A DNA stretch of 64,000 nucleotides, taken from Minutocellus sp. GHC0000111. Taxonomy: Eukaryota. The stretch spans positions 4,216,001 through 4,280,000 of the forward strand of contig OZ361259.1 in assembly GCA_977018835.1 (NCBI GenBank). The letters run 5' to 3'. The notes below the pieces were generated by a model that saw only the letters and a list, made by a program, of their open reading frames with translations, was not told the DNA's origin and made no database searches. The translations under genes were made by a program, and so were the position numbers. Shown piece by piece: positions 10,277 through 22,890 of this stretch (position 1 is the first letter of the stretch; every line of letters begins with the position of its first letter).

Positions 10277-12183
10277 ATGAGGCGTTTGACTACCTCCTTG
10301 GGCCTTGTGCTGGTCGGCGCCTTCGCTGTGGTGGGCACATCCAGCGCCAGCACTGGCGCCAGCCGCCGCCGAAGCGGCTCCTCCCTCGACCCCATCGTGG
10401 AAGAGGTCCCCACCTCCGATATCGAGGAGTATCTGCCGACCGGCGACGATGACGATAGCGATGGTTTGATTCAGAAGAATCCGGGATATGTTGCCCCGGG
10501 CAGCGGAGATAGCGATAGCGATGCCAGCGAAGACGATGAGTCTGAGTACGACAGCGATGATGATGAACTGGACGAAAATGACGATGTTGATGGCAAATCC
10601 AAGATGAACAAGGAGCTATCCAAATCCTTCAAACGCGGTCGTGCCGCGGGGAGGTTCATCAAGAATCACAAGGCCCAGCTTGTTGTTCTGCTTGTACTAT
10701 ATGCCTTCCGTCGAGAAGTGTTCTTGGTGCTGTCCTCTCTCGTGACCGATCCAGATGGACAGGGAGGCCGAAAGATTAAGGCTCTCTCCATGACCAATCT
10801 TCTGAAAATTCTACTGATACTGGATGTTTTGAGGAAAAGTTTCGGTGGAAGTGGAGGCAGCGGTAAGACATCTGCCCTTGCAATCGCTACCCTGTTTGGT
10901 GGTGCGCCTGGGGGCGCAATTGTCAGAGCTCTGTTCAAGGATGTGTTCAAATCCAATCCGTCGTACGTCCCCCAGATTGAGCAGCATTACACCTTTGAGC
11001 GATTAAATTAGCGGTATACCAAGGATAGTTTGGCAATGATCAAGGCGTGGGACGGTGGTAAAAGCACAGGTGCCAATCTCGAACGTTGGCATCGCAGTTG
11101 CAGGAATCTGTCTTTATGAGTCGATTAGATGGCAGCGGCAAGACAGCAAATGCAGCCACTTACAACAGCACGGCCATTATCCTCGACATGACGAATCTTG
11201 ACACTACGGTTAGCAAGTTGGAAACAATCAGAGATCAGATATCATTCATACTGAGCCATCATCGGGCGACTAGAAAGATTGGCCAAAGGGTTCGCGACAC
11301 GGCGGCCGCTGCCAGCAATAATGCTTCTACAATGACATCATCTGTTGCGGAGGTGGCGGAGCGTATCCATTCCAACTGGTCGGATGAAATGGAGGTCATT
11401 GTGATGTTAGGGTCGCCGGGAGGCTCTGCTGCTCACTACCGGTTGGCAGCGCAACAGGTTGGCAGGTTGCGAGACGAAGAGGGGATCAAGCTAACGATAG
11501 TGGTCGACACCGTAGCTGCAAGCGGGGGTTACATGATTGCATGCATGAGCTCTCCTGGCCAACTCTATGCCGCACCGTTTGCTGTTGTGGGTTCTATTGG
11601 TGTCATTGGGCAGCAGCTCAATATCCATGACTTTTTGAAAGGCTATGGGGTCACTCCACTCACATTCCGAGGCGGCAAGGACAAGGCCCCGCTGAGTTTG
11701 ATGGGAGAGGTGACTGAGGAGGGGAAGCAAAAGATCCAAGAAATGATTGACCACACACATGTGGCATTCAAATCACACGTCGCTGAGGCACGACCGATTC
11801 TGGCCGATACTATTGATTCCGTAGCAACGGGAGATGTGTGGCTTGCGTCTGATGCCGTCAAGGTTGGCCTGGTGGACAGGCTGATCACAAGTGACGAGTA
11901 CATTGGCGAACGAATCGCCCAAGGAGCGCGGCTTTTGAAGCTGATCAAATATGATAAGCGAATTCATTTGCCAGCATTCTTGTCCTCCTCAGCGGGACCT
12001 TCGCCGCTTGGACATATCAGGGCGTCAATGAAGAACCTTCGAGAATTTACCAAAGATGCGAGGCGCATTGTCTCCAAGGCTGCCACATTGGTGGATGATC
12101 TGGAGGCCACTGATATTTCTCAAGTTGCTGCTGCGCGTGCCTTTGGGGTTGGGGCCATCAGCAATACGGTAAAGACGGGTTAG
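10277..12183 (+). CDS. sohB: SohB/SppA-like peptidase S49; in-frame TAG at 11009-11011 and 1-nt frameshift near 11083
   Basis: Signal peptide, acidic linker, TM segment, then S49 motifs LGSPGGS, VDTVAASGGYMIAC, APFAVVGSIGV and VATGDVW. Confidence 0.82.
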
Positions 12184-12501
12184 ATTTTAATCTAGAGAAG
12201 ACAATTTTCCACATACCGTTTATCAGATCGACATAACTGGCGATGGAAAGAGAAGGGAACTACTACTGGTACCGGTACCTAGGTACGTCGTTCTGCAAAC
12301 GGAGGCAAGAAGAAGCAACTCTGGAACTCTGGAAGCAAGCTAGAGTTGGGGTGACTCACTCGACTCCGATAAGAAAATTAGCGAGTCATCTCGGGATGAC
12401 TTGCTCGACTCAATCGACCTTTACGCTTAGTCATTATTCATTTTTATTTTCGCCATTCTTCTTCCAATTGTATTGTATGGACGTGACGGAGTGACGGAAC
12501 G

Positions 12502-13440
12502 ATGAGGATTGCTGCTGTTCTTGCGACTGTTCTGGTCGCTGCTGCTACCAGGGATGCGAGTGCATTCTCTACGCACAGCCCTGGGGGGCGCATTGGCAAG
12601 TCTCTGCCGGTGACCAATGCTCGAGGCTACAGAGCTAATAATGTAAACACTGCAAGTAGCAATGCCGTGCGTACGCATTCGCATGCGTCCATCATATCAT
12701 TGCGCGCCACAAATGAAGAGTCTACCAGCAGTGATGGCGGCCTGTTCGGTGGCGTTGATGTCAATCCTGTCTACGCAGTTCCGTATGTCTTCTTCTTGCT
12801 TTTCGGTTTTTACATGACGAGCCATGAGGCGGCTGGCGCATCGCAGGTTGTTCTCGAGAAATTCATTGCCGATCCTCTTCACCCTGGGGTGAATGAGCTG
12901 TTTGCGACGGTGTTAAATCTGATAGGCCTTGTGGGGATCCCACTTGCCTGCATTCTGATGCCATCGGCCAAAGGCCCGCGCTTCCCCGCCCCACCATTTC
13001 TGATTGCCAGTGCTGCGGTCGGTTATGGGGCAATTGGCCCCTACATGATGACGCGAAAGCCCGTTACTTCCGTTGACACCGATGAGCTTGGTTGGGTAAC
13101 AAAGAATGTTTTGGAAAACAAGATATTCAATTGGTTCATGGTCATTGTGGCAATGTCGAGCCTCTTCACCACTGGTCTGCTCAATGCTCTCGTTGAGGAT
13201 TTTGGCGGGACAGTTGCTGGCTATGCGGACCTTTTCTCTTCCACTGCTATCGCTGGAGTTTCCTCAATTGACTTCTTGATTCTTTGTGTGACTGCTGCCT
13301 CGATGGTACCTGAAGATCTTTTACGGCGTGGGGTCACCGACAAGAGAGCGAACGCCATTGCGGCCTCGACTCTCCTCCTTCCAATGATTGGAGCCACAAT
13401 TTACTGCGCGCTTCGCCCACCTTTGCCAGACAACGAGTAA
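12502..13440 (+). CDS. Plastid-targeted multi-pass membrane protein (possibly DUF2834-like)
   Basis: Signal peptide plus ASAFS motif and transit-like region; 5-6 hydrophobic helices; C-terminal PEDLLRRG...YCALRPPL. Confidence 0.65.
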   Translation: MRIAAVLATVLVAAATRDASAFSTHSPGGRIGKSLPVTNARGYRANNVNTASSNAVRTHSHASIISLRATNEESTSSDGGLFGGVDVNPVYAVPYVFFLLFGFYMTSHEAAGASQVVLEKFIADPLHPGVNELFATVLNLIGLVGIPLACILMPSAKGPRFPAPPFLIASAAVGYGAIGPYMMTRKPVTSVDTDELGWVTKNVLENKIFNWFMVIVAMSSLFTTGLLNALVEDFGGTVAGYADLFSSTAIAGVSSIDFLILCVTAASMVPEDLLRRGVTDKRANAIAASTLLLPMIGATIYCALRPPLPDNE

Positions 13441-13490
13441 ACCCACTACCACTGGATTGGAAATGAAACAAAATCTGTAAGAAAAGTGCA

Positions 13491-13640
13491 GATATTCTTG
13501 ATATGTGTGAAAATTACAATTGGCAAATCTTAGCGGCAGTTGCTGTATTCGGAGGTATGATATTCTTGATATGTGTGTAAATAATGGTGGCGATATTACA
13601 ATTGGCAAATCTTAGCGGCAGTTGCTGTATTCGGGGGTAT
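13491..13640. repeat. Imperfect tandem duplication (68-bp unit; second copy has a ~14-bp insertion)
   Basis: gatattcttgatatgtgtg...ttacaattggcaaatcttagcggcagttgctgtattcgg(a/g)ggtat at 13491-13558 and 13559-13640. Confidence 0.9.
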
Positions 13641-13830
13641 AACATTCTAATGTGTCGATTCACAACATTGACGAACCACAGACTACTAAATCAGCACCAA
13701 CATATTGGCCATTTCGTTCGACCTATGCCAGCACACCATATCAATGCACCCCTCCCATGGGCCATGGTCAAATACACGTAATATATTATGTCTCTCCTTA
13801 TCCTAAAAAGGCCGCTCATATGACATCATA

Positions 13831-14404
13831 TTACGCAGGTCGGCACCGCCATCGGCATCCACGGTTTTCCAATTCTTCTTCGATTTCCTTATCGAATTGT
13901 CCCGTGACGGTGATGGCGTAGCAACCCGGCAAATAGTTGTCCACCCGAAGCCATTTCGCCACCCAGCTCTCCCTCGGGTCCATGACCGCCGCCTGCCCCT
14001 CGTAGAATGCGGTCGTACAGGCATTCACCTTTTCCGGGTCGTCCACCATTTCCAAGAACGGGCAGTTCTGCAGCGTGAAAGCAACGCGGCCGACAGAAGC
14101 AAACGAAGGTGGGGAAAATGGAGAGATAATGAAGTTAGAATCATTGGACCATGGATGGAGCTGAAAGCCATACATCAGTCGCAATGCAACGCAACCAGCC
14201 ACCGGCACCGACAAGCGAACCGGTCCCAGCCATTGTGTCTGTCCGTCACCTCCAACCCTAACTTGCCTCGCAACCGTCGTCGACGAACTGGTCCAGCGTC
14301 TTGAGGATGCCGCACCGCTTGCAGGCCCGGATGCCACGGATGGCCGACGGCACCGACGCCTGGGCGAGGTCCGCAACGTTCTGAGGGAGCTCCTCGTCGT
14401 CCAT
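13831..14404 (-). CDS. SPT4: Transcription elongation factor SPT4; two exons (14404-14267, 14067-13831), GC-AG intron
   Basis: RACKRCGILKTLDQFVDDGCE|NCPFL...CTTAFYEG...PRESWVAKWLRV...PGCYAITVTG, the SPT4 zinc-finger signature. Confidence 0.93.
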
Positions 14405-14480
14405 GTCTTCGCGAGTTTTGTGTTGCTGGCATCGGCAGACTGCAAGTCTCTTCATCGTCGCGATCGCGTCGCGATCGCGC

Positions 14481-14580
14481 GTCGCTCGCAAAAAAAGGCC
14501 TTTTGGTTCTGAGTGTCGCTCGCAGAAAAGGCCTTTTGGTTCTGAGTGTCGCTCGCAGAAAAGGCCTTTTGGTTCTGAAT
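14481..14580. repeat. 3 x 33-bp tandem repeat with internal palindrome (AAAAGGCCTTTT) upstream of SPT4
   Basis: gtcgctcgcagaaaaggccttttggttctgagt x3; the first copy has an A-run variant. Confidence 0.95.
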
Positions 14581-14948
14581 GACGTCGAAATTGAGCAATC
14601 AATTCACAAGAGAGGCGGCAATCCGATCCCGATCGGCCCATCCCACGCCTCCGCACCGGTTTCCGCCCCACCGTGGATCGATACCATTTCAAACAGCCAT
14701 GCAAACACAAAGCTGCCTGCATGCTCCTGTTGAATCAATTGTTTCGTATCTTTCATTTGATCTTGGTGCGCCCTCTTGTGAGCCAAATTCCTTCTTGTGT
14801 TTGGCGAGTCGAGTCATCTTTATCTTGTTGACATCAGTAAGGCGACGAGGGACCTCGGAGGTTGTTGCCCTGCTCATCAGTCCCCCGTCCCAGCAGCAGC
14901 GCTCAGCGTGGGTAGGAATTTGCTTCGCAGTCGCTAGTACATTTGAGA

Positions 14949-17900
14949 ATGTCGAGCCTACCTCCTGCTTCTGTGGACACGGGTGCCAATGCTACTGCAG
15001 GTACAATCAACGCAAGTGATGGCTCGGCGCCTCCGCCCCAGCCACGGTCAGCACCCGCAGCAGCAGCCACAGCGTCCAGTCCGGCACAAACAAACATATC
15101 TCTGCCTACCGGTCCCACTATCGACAGTGCAACACGTGCCAGCGACCGAAAGAGACCAAGGGGGGATGAGGAAACTCCGGAATTGGCCACCGATGCGACC
15201 GCCAGTGAGACAGCCACGCCGTCCAATACGCCCCCGTCGGTGCATGTTCCGACGGCGATGCAGTTTCCTCCCCCAGGTATCTGCGCATCCGCTACCGATG
15301 ATGCTGATGACGGAATGGGTCAGGGGAGCAATAGCAATAGCGATGATGGAACGGATGATGAAATAGATCAGGCAATGGCAGCGGCGCAGGGAATTAATCG
15401 CAGTGGAGAGAACGAGGGAGAGACGGTGCTGCCCGCTTTGCCCCCCGAGGAACATCTGTTCCGGCACATGGTTGATTCAAGTGAGAGGCTGGGATGCGTG
15501 GCCCATTCACCAAATCCGAGAGAATGTCTTTATTGGAAAATTACTGAAGTCGCTGCGGGGAGTCAAGCCGAAGCTCTGGGTATATTGGTAGGTCATTACA
15601 TCATTTCGGTCGATGGGCAGAGGCTCGTGAATGGAACTAGCCTCACCGAAGCATTTCAGCGGGCAGTGTCGGTGGGCAAACCATTTGAGGTTGTAACGTC
15701 TGACTTTCCCGTGAGGGCGGCTGCTGCCGGCAGGGGGCAGCAGCAATTGCTGATAAATTCTGATAGTGGGACTGAAGAATCAAGCGTGAATTCAGACAAT
15801 CAAAGTTCCACCTCGCGTACCGGCACTTCCTTGACACCCGAACAAAATCTCGATGATACCGAAAGGGAATTACCAGTATCACCAGAAATCCGGCGCGCCA
15901 TGACGGTGGAAAATTCGCCTGCAAGTAAGAGTCCGTATCACACCTTTGATCGGGTCTCGCAATCGATTGTGCCTGGTTCGGCAGGTGCCATTTCCTTGGA
16001 GTTTGGGCTTTTCCGATCCGAGCTTAGGAAGCTGATTAAGGAGTGCACCAAACGCCTTTGCATCTTTCCTCAAGATGGTCGGCCTTGGCTCGATTACGCC
16101 CTGAATTTAGTTTTTGCTTCACTTTGGTAAAATGCTCCTGATCGCGCTCTTGGTTGGAATGGAGCCATCGATGAGCACCGTCTTGAGGGCCTTGGCATGC
16201 GAGCCGAATTGCGAGGGCCCCAACCATGGATGGCAACGAGAGCCTTTATCGTTCAATGCATAAAGAACATGCTCGAGGCCGAGAATAGTGATTGGGTAAC
16301 TTCCAGTGCCAGAAAAGTGGCGTTGAAGAAGCATCATGAGTACGTCTTTGTTGTGATTGTCTGGTATAATTCACTCTGCAGGACTATTGCGTGCGCATGA
16401 ACTTTGTCTTCATCAATGATTTATTAATCTTTTCCTCTTTTCTGCCTCTCCCATGACAGACCACGTATCAAACAGTATCTCAGGGGTTGGAACAGCGACC
16501 TTTCAAAGGCTGGCCATTCTCAGTTGCTTCAGGCGTATTCGGATCATGTGTGGACTGATTTTGAGGCAAAGTATATGGCGGCGAACGATGGTGTTGGTGC
16601 TCTATACAAGCTCAGCGAGCGATGGATCATTCAGTCGGCATGTGAATTCTCCAGTTCCAATGTAGCTTCTATTGCTCCTCCTCCTTCGTCTCCTGATCCA
16701 GCAATTCTCGGTCGTACTAGGAGCATAGTCGATGGAAAATCCTGTAGCTGTGCGAGCAATGGCGTACGCTTGTGCAAGTGCAAAAAGCTTCCCCTGGAAC
16801 TCTATCCCTTTGCCAAGGATCGTGAGTTGGTTGCCTCGGCCGTTCTTGGTAGATTCCAATAGAATTGTAAGGCACTTCGAGTGGGCGATGTGACGAAGGA
16901 ATCAGTTCGATCGATTCTCGACGACATGGAGGATGAGACTGGTTTTATCACTAAATTGAATGGTCTCTTCACCGTGACGGTGGCAGCAGCCTCAAAATTG
17001 TCTTCCGATTCGGAACACAAAGACAAGAGCACCTCCGACGATGACCTAGAACCCCAACTGGAAAGCACCGTGGAAGATCGTGGAGTGTCAGTTCAGAGCA
17101 CCATCGAAAAGGGGGCACAATCGCCCCAAGTCGCAGAAAAGGGGATCTCATTCAGTTCTGACTCCGACGATGCTCTCAGCAATATTGGTACCGGAGGCGA
17201 TAGCAGCCCAGAGATAAGGCGTGACCGTTGCGATAATGATATTGGCCAGCAGCAACAATTGTCAATGACTTCTGCCGATACTGGTCGGCAGTACAGCACC
17301 ACAAAAGATATTGGGTCTAGAGTCTATGCGAGAATCACTGCGGGGGACGACGAGTACTACTGGGGCACGGTGAAGGCGAAGCGAGAGGGCTTGCTAACGG
17401 TCCTCTTTGATGATGGCATCCAACACGACGTTGTTGATGATGATATGTGCGTTGTTACCGAGAAAGAGTACGCATGTCTGTTCAGCACGCCTCCATCGCC
17501 ACCGAAGAAGCGCATGCGCCGAGAAAGTGCAAGCACCGATCTCTGTGGTCGGGGTTATTGTCACTCATACACCGATAGGGAAGGAAACAAGCGTGTTGTC
17601 TATGGTACTGTCTCTCGCCGATTGGACGGTGAGGCGTATACCATCGAATTTGACAAAGATTGCATTTCCTCCATCAATAGACCCACGGCGCCTGTCAACG
17701 ATCCACTCAGAATAATCAAACCAATGCAAGACATTGCTTCAGACCTTGTCATTGCCGGCTGCATTGCATATGACAGGATTACGAAAGCATCCAATCGCAT
17801 TGAGAAGCTATCGAGGAAGACACCGCTGAGATACTTGGTAGTCCCTGAAATGCGTCATGAGGAGCAAGTTGAATACAACGGAATCCATGTTCCCAAGCTT

Positions 17901-18311
17901 ACAATAGTGCTACGCGCTCATCAATTGGTCTTTAGCGTCAAGAAGAGCAATATCGGGGACAATGCAACGCTTGGCGTTTTTGTGAAATGCACTTCTTTAC
18001 TTGACAATACAAGCGCGTTCGGGGGTAACACTAGATTCTTGGGCTCTGTCCTAAAAAAGGGGGAGCTGCTCGATCTAGGAGTTTTCAATGACAGCAATTG
18101 CTTCAAGCATTTGAATCGATGTGGCCCAAAAGATGTTCCATCTGTTCATGAAGAATTTGATCCCGAAGGCAGTAAGCATCACTATTTCGGTGTGAGATAC
18201 CATGGGGATTATCAACGCTACAAATCTGAGTGTTCGTGCTTGCATTTGACAATCAATGAAGATGAAGAGGTGGAACTATTTCTTTTCGATGCGGCTGCTT
18301 CTCGCAAATAA
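14949..18311 (+). pseudogene. PDZ-like + Tudor-like + degenerate SET-like protein, paralog of the 42865-45453 gene; two in-frame stops
   Basis: Continuous frame through TAA (16128) and TAG (16860) with intron 16340-16459. PDZ-like WKITEVAAGSQAEALGILVGHYIISVDG; Tudor-like RVYAR...YYWGTV...VLFDDG; SET-like start LVFSVKKSNI...LGVFVKC; SET core shortened relative to the paralog. Confidence 0.65.
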
Positions 18312-18426
18312 TCTCCCGCATGCTACGTAGTAGGCAATAATGATAGCATTGAGATAGAGTGCAATAGAATGCATTATGATGCATAGATATAGATCTAATT
18401 AATTGCAGGATTTTATCTCTTGTCGC

Positions 18427-21400
18427 CTACCACTGAACATCTCGGCGCATGTAAAATAACATGTAAGCTTCGCCAACAGCTGCCTCAAGTACTGCCTTCT
18501 CGCCGTCGCCTTCACCAGCATCGAATACGTGCGCATCGTTGCAATGATACCATTTACCGCCCACTTTGACGTTTGCGACATAATGTCCCTGATGTAAGCT
18601 GCCAGTATGGTTGATAGTTGCATGAAGGTCATACATAATTGCGGAGGAGCAAGAGTTCGCCTCCATATTTGCATTGCCTCCGCCATCTTCCTCTGCAGCG
18701 TGCTCCGAAGCCTTCATTCCTTGGATAACCTCACACCAGTGTGGGAGGAAAGGTCCTACGTTAAGCTGTGCGGGAAATGAAACAAATTCGGATATCTTCT
18801 TGTTCGTCGCTGCGTCGAACCGTTTCAAATGAAGGCATAGAACCTTTGGTAGCTTGGCAAATGTGTGCTGTTTTGTATGAGGGTGTTTCTCTTCGCAAAG
18901 ATCGCAAGTGATATCGGATAAAGCCTCGGGCTGGGTAAAGTGTCGTAGGCACGCTTCAATGGTCTTGGCTTCACTGGTGATGGGAAGAGAAATATTGAGA
19001 AATGGCTCAGCTTGTGACCTCTTATAGCCGCATGTCTCGCTGTGTGATATTGTGTGGAAAGGTAGAGGAAGATGAAAAGGCATTGTCATGAGAGACTTGA
19101 CGCGAACACACAGTATCCGGCCTTGCAAAATATAGACAGGATTCAACACTCACCAAATGAGGACGGACCGCAAATTTCCAGCAAATAGACTTTTGACAAT
19201 GTCGCCTGAACCTTCTTCTGGGGAACTATTTCCTTGCGCCACACACCCCGAGATAAGGCTATTATGCTTGGCCTCATCCTTCAATTCTCTCGCGGTATCG
19301 GCAAAGTGACGATCATGTTTGCTCATGATGTCGAGGAAAGCAGAAAGAAATTCATGCGAATCGCGCTGTTGATACCCCGCAAGGTGTTTCATTCCACCAG
19401 ATTTCCAGGTAGCCGCTAGGAGACGAGATGGAACCAATGGAATGCCGCACTTATTATTGCAGGTTGCGGTTGAATCAGCTAAAGGGATAAGAAGGGAGGG
19501 TGATGGACTCGGAGCTTGCATTTATGGCCTCAATGACATTGCTGTGCCCAATGGTACTCCCATAATATTCTAGCATAAGGCGATCCATCTCGCAAGCGAT
19601 ACAAATGCCGCCTTGTGAGTTTCCGTGGTGATTAGATTTGCTTGGTGATGCCGGCGCTTCTCCGTGGGCGGACCGCAGCAAATGGCATGATTGATGATTG
19701 TGCTTGATGTCCCGAAGAAAGTACCTTTGAATCGGTGGGCAGTTGACGAGGCATTGAAGAACAGACGACATGAAGCAAGTGTTCCCCAGGTTGTACATGC
19801 CAACTGGAGCCTTGATTTTGCATCTTTTTCTACCCATGCGACTCTGCGTGATCGCGAGGCGACTTGCCATGGGGCCTCGGGTAGAGCATCCAGCACCAGC
19901 CTCCATCTCGCCCTTGAATATCAGTTGGCGCCTCAGTGCCAAACGACCCGCGAGGACAAATTCACTTGAAACAGTGGTGGGATACGACGCCACCATTCCG
20001 TGCCAAACAATACCATGATCGGGCGTAGATGCGAATGAGAAAGGCTCGTATGATCGATTGAGGCTCCCTGCCTGCCAACTAAATTGAGGTAGATAATGAG
20101 AAATATCCATACGTTCCTTTTCTTGGTCAAAAACCTCATGATAGATGAAATCGCCACACTTCATACAAAAGATTTCGGCTCGAGGACCACAAGTGATACC
20201 TGCAGCCGATCGAAGGGGAAGCGAAAGAAGTAAATGGTCAAAATTAGGGTGGCAAATTTGATCAGATGCATCCGACACGTACCTAGGTAAAATTTACCAG
20301 CAAAGAAAACAATTGAAACTTACCAAAGTTATGCCCGCTTGCAATGAAATGACACATCATATGAACGGACGAATCTGGACTTGTGGAAGATGGTCCACAA
20401 CCTACCACGGAACACTCGAGACATTGCATTGATCCATCTCCCTTGCAATTTGAAGCAGAGGGTGGGCACCAAGCACATCGTCGTTGGCATTGGTTTGATT
20501 CATGCTCGTTATAGAAAGCCTCACGGCCATCTCTGACAACCTGCAACCACTCTTCTACCTTTGACGATGCTACAGAGGCTCGCAATCGTAGCATTCGTCG
20601 CTCGTAGGAAGAGTGACCCTCATCATGAGGAGCCCCAATCGGTGCATGAGTTCCTTCTGAGACAGCTTCACCTTTTTTGCGCTTCGTTGGACGATGAGAC
20701 TGCTTCTGTTGGGCTACACGAACATCGCCCTGCGGAGGCAGTATCCTCGACTTTAGTATCACATTCTCCCTTTCTCTCATTATTCGCCTTTCGCGGCTTC
20801 GTAACTGATGGTATCGGGGGTCGGGTAAATGGTGAGAATGAGAGATTTGGGCGACTTCCGATGTTGATAACTTAGCAACACCTGATGATGGAGAAACGTC
20901 GGTATTTTTTCTCCTCCTTCGTTTTTATTGTCCACCGGTTCGACAATATCTAACTTTTCATTAGACAACTTCTTGCCAAGAGGACTGTCAACATCCATTT
21001 GATCGTCGCCACCTGATTGATTAGAATCTGCCCTTGGTGATTCGATCTTTGAGGAGATAGCATCGCCGATAACATTACTTGTATCTGCCTTCTTCTGCTC
21101 TGGCTTGTCCTTTTTTTCGCCATCGGGTGCACAGGCAGTGCGATTGGGATTGTCAGTAGGGGTAGGATCGCCGTCCTTGTTGGTATCCACGTCTGCAGAA
21201 ATATTGTTTGGGTTGTTTGGTTCATTGCCATGATCTGCTACTTGCTCTTGATTCACATTGACTGTGACCTCTGCATTCCCAGCTTTCGTTTCATTCTTAT
21301 TTCCGATTTCCTTGGTATTCAGGGGCACCGCAGCAGCAGCGACGATCTTATCTCCCTTTGCTGCAGCAATCTGTGCACCAATCTCTTCTGTTCCTTCGGG

Positions 21401-22552
21401 TTTTGCTGGAGGAACGGCGTTGGCCTCCTCGCTACTTTCTTTCCCATCTGCTTTTGCTTGAGTATTCGTATTGTTGGTTGATGGTGCGGGAGCAGCAGGA
21501 CTTGATACGCTAGCTTTTGGCTCTAGAGGTTCTTCCTTTGTGGGAGATATAGTGCCAGCTGTCTTTGATGCAGAAGCAGCTGCCAACGCATTCTCCGCCT
21601 TTGCTGCAGGAGAGATGTTGCTCTTGGTATCATCTGCAGTCAGAGCTGATACAGCCGTGGCCTCACCATCCTTATACACTTGAACGTTGTGCGCCTTCGC
21701 AGCAGGAGAAACAGCCGACGTGCCTTTCCGTTTCTTACTGCTACCCTTGTCATTGTTGACGCCATTGCTACTGCCGCAATACTTGGACCCGACGCTGCCG
21801 CTTGGCTGGTACAGTGGTGGTAGGACAGGACACCAAGTCGTCGCAGCCCCACCTCGTCCCGTGACAGCCAAGAGACGAGCATGTTCGGGGCCAAATACGG
21901 ATCGATCAGCCCGTTGCTGCGACGATGATCTTCCAGAAGATGTAGGAGCTGGTGACATTGGGGACGATGGGTCGGCCAAACTGATGGCCGTAACACGTGC
22001 CGCAGGAGAAGGAGGCCCAGCCGTCTTTGTCGGCGAGTGCCGATGCTGCTGGTGATGCTGATGATGATCTGCATTAGGACCGTGTCGGATCGCGTCGACA
22101 GCAGCTCCACCTCGTGGAGAACCAACGGGAGATGAAGCAGCTGTCGCTGGTGCAGCCGAAGCCGACGTATTAGCACGGGGAGCCGGAGCCGAAACCGATC
22201 CGACCAGTTTCCCTCCCGCCGTTAGCGGTGCCACATCCCCAAAGTGGTGGCCGAGATGCATTTCCACAATGGGATCGTACCTATCCATGCGAAGGATATG
22301 GGGCAGAATGGCGTCTAGATGCGGGCAGCGGCAGGCCGATTGCAGGGTAAGGTCGGCAACCGACGCAACGGACGCCACACCTTGCCTCGTGCTGCTGCCT
22401 GTATCACCCGTCGCGACGGTGCCAGCAGTCGCAGTACCAGCAAGCCCATCGCTAGCACCCGCGAAGGCTGCCACATGCACCGACGCATGGGACGAATCCT
22501 CCAAATACTGCTGAAGGCTCGGAGGCGGCGGCGGGGCAACGGGGCGGCTCAT
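18427..22552 (-). CDS. UBP8: Ubiquitin C-terminal hydrolase USP22/UBP8-like (ZnF-UBP + peptidase C19); introns ~20200-20323 and ~19040-19153; two 1-nt frameshifts
   Basis: Cys box GMYNLGNTCFMSSVLQ, YQQRDSHEF, LHLKRF, His box INHTGSLHQGHYVA...WYHCND; ZnF-UBP-like CLECSVVGC...HF...IFCMKCGDFIY. Confidence 0.87.
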
Positions 22553-22890
22553 GTTTTGATTACTGTGAAAATTGGGTTTTCAGTCAATTGATCTTCCACA
22601 CCAATACCGGCAACCCAAGAGATTGGCGCGCCTCTACTGAAGGAACAGAAGAAGGATTGTTTCAATGCTAGCTAGCAAAAGGCGGGTAGTAGCAGCGGAA
22701 CGGGAGGCGGTTGGCACATCATGTACGAATGTGTCGTGTATGTACCACGAACTCGTATCTTTCTTCTGAGTTCGCTCTTTCCGTCGTCCGTAACTCCATG
22801 CTCCATGCTCGATTTGCCCGCGGTCTTTGTAAATCTTTTAAAGTGAATGTAGAGACCAAAGGGTCGCATTGTATTAATTGGTCATTCTTT

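Noticed and set aside
14481..14580. CRISPR-like array (33-bp palindromic repeats)
   Set aside because: No spacers between repeats, no cas genes, eukaryotic context.
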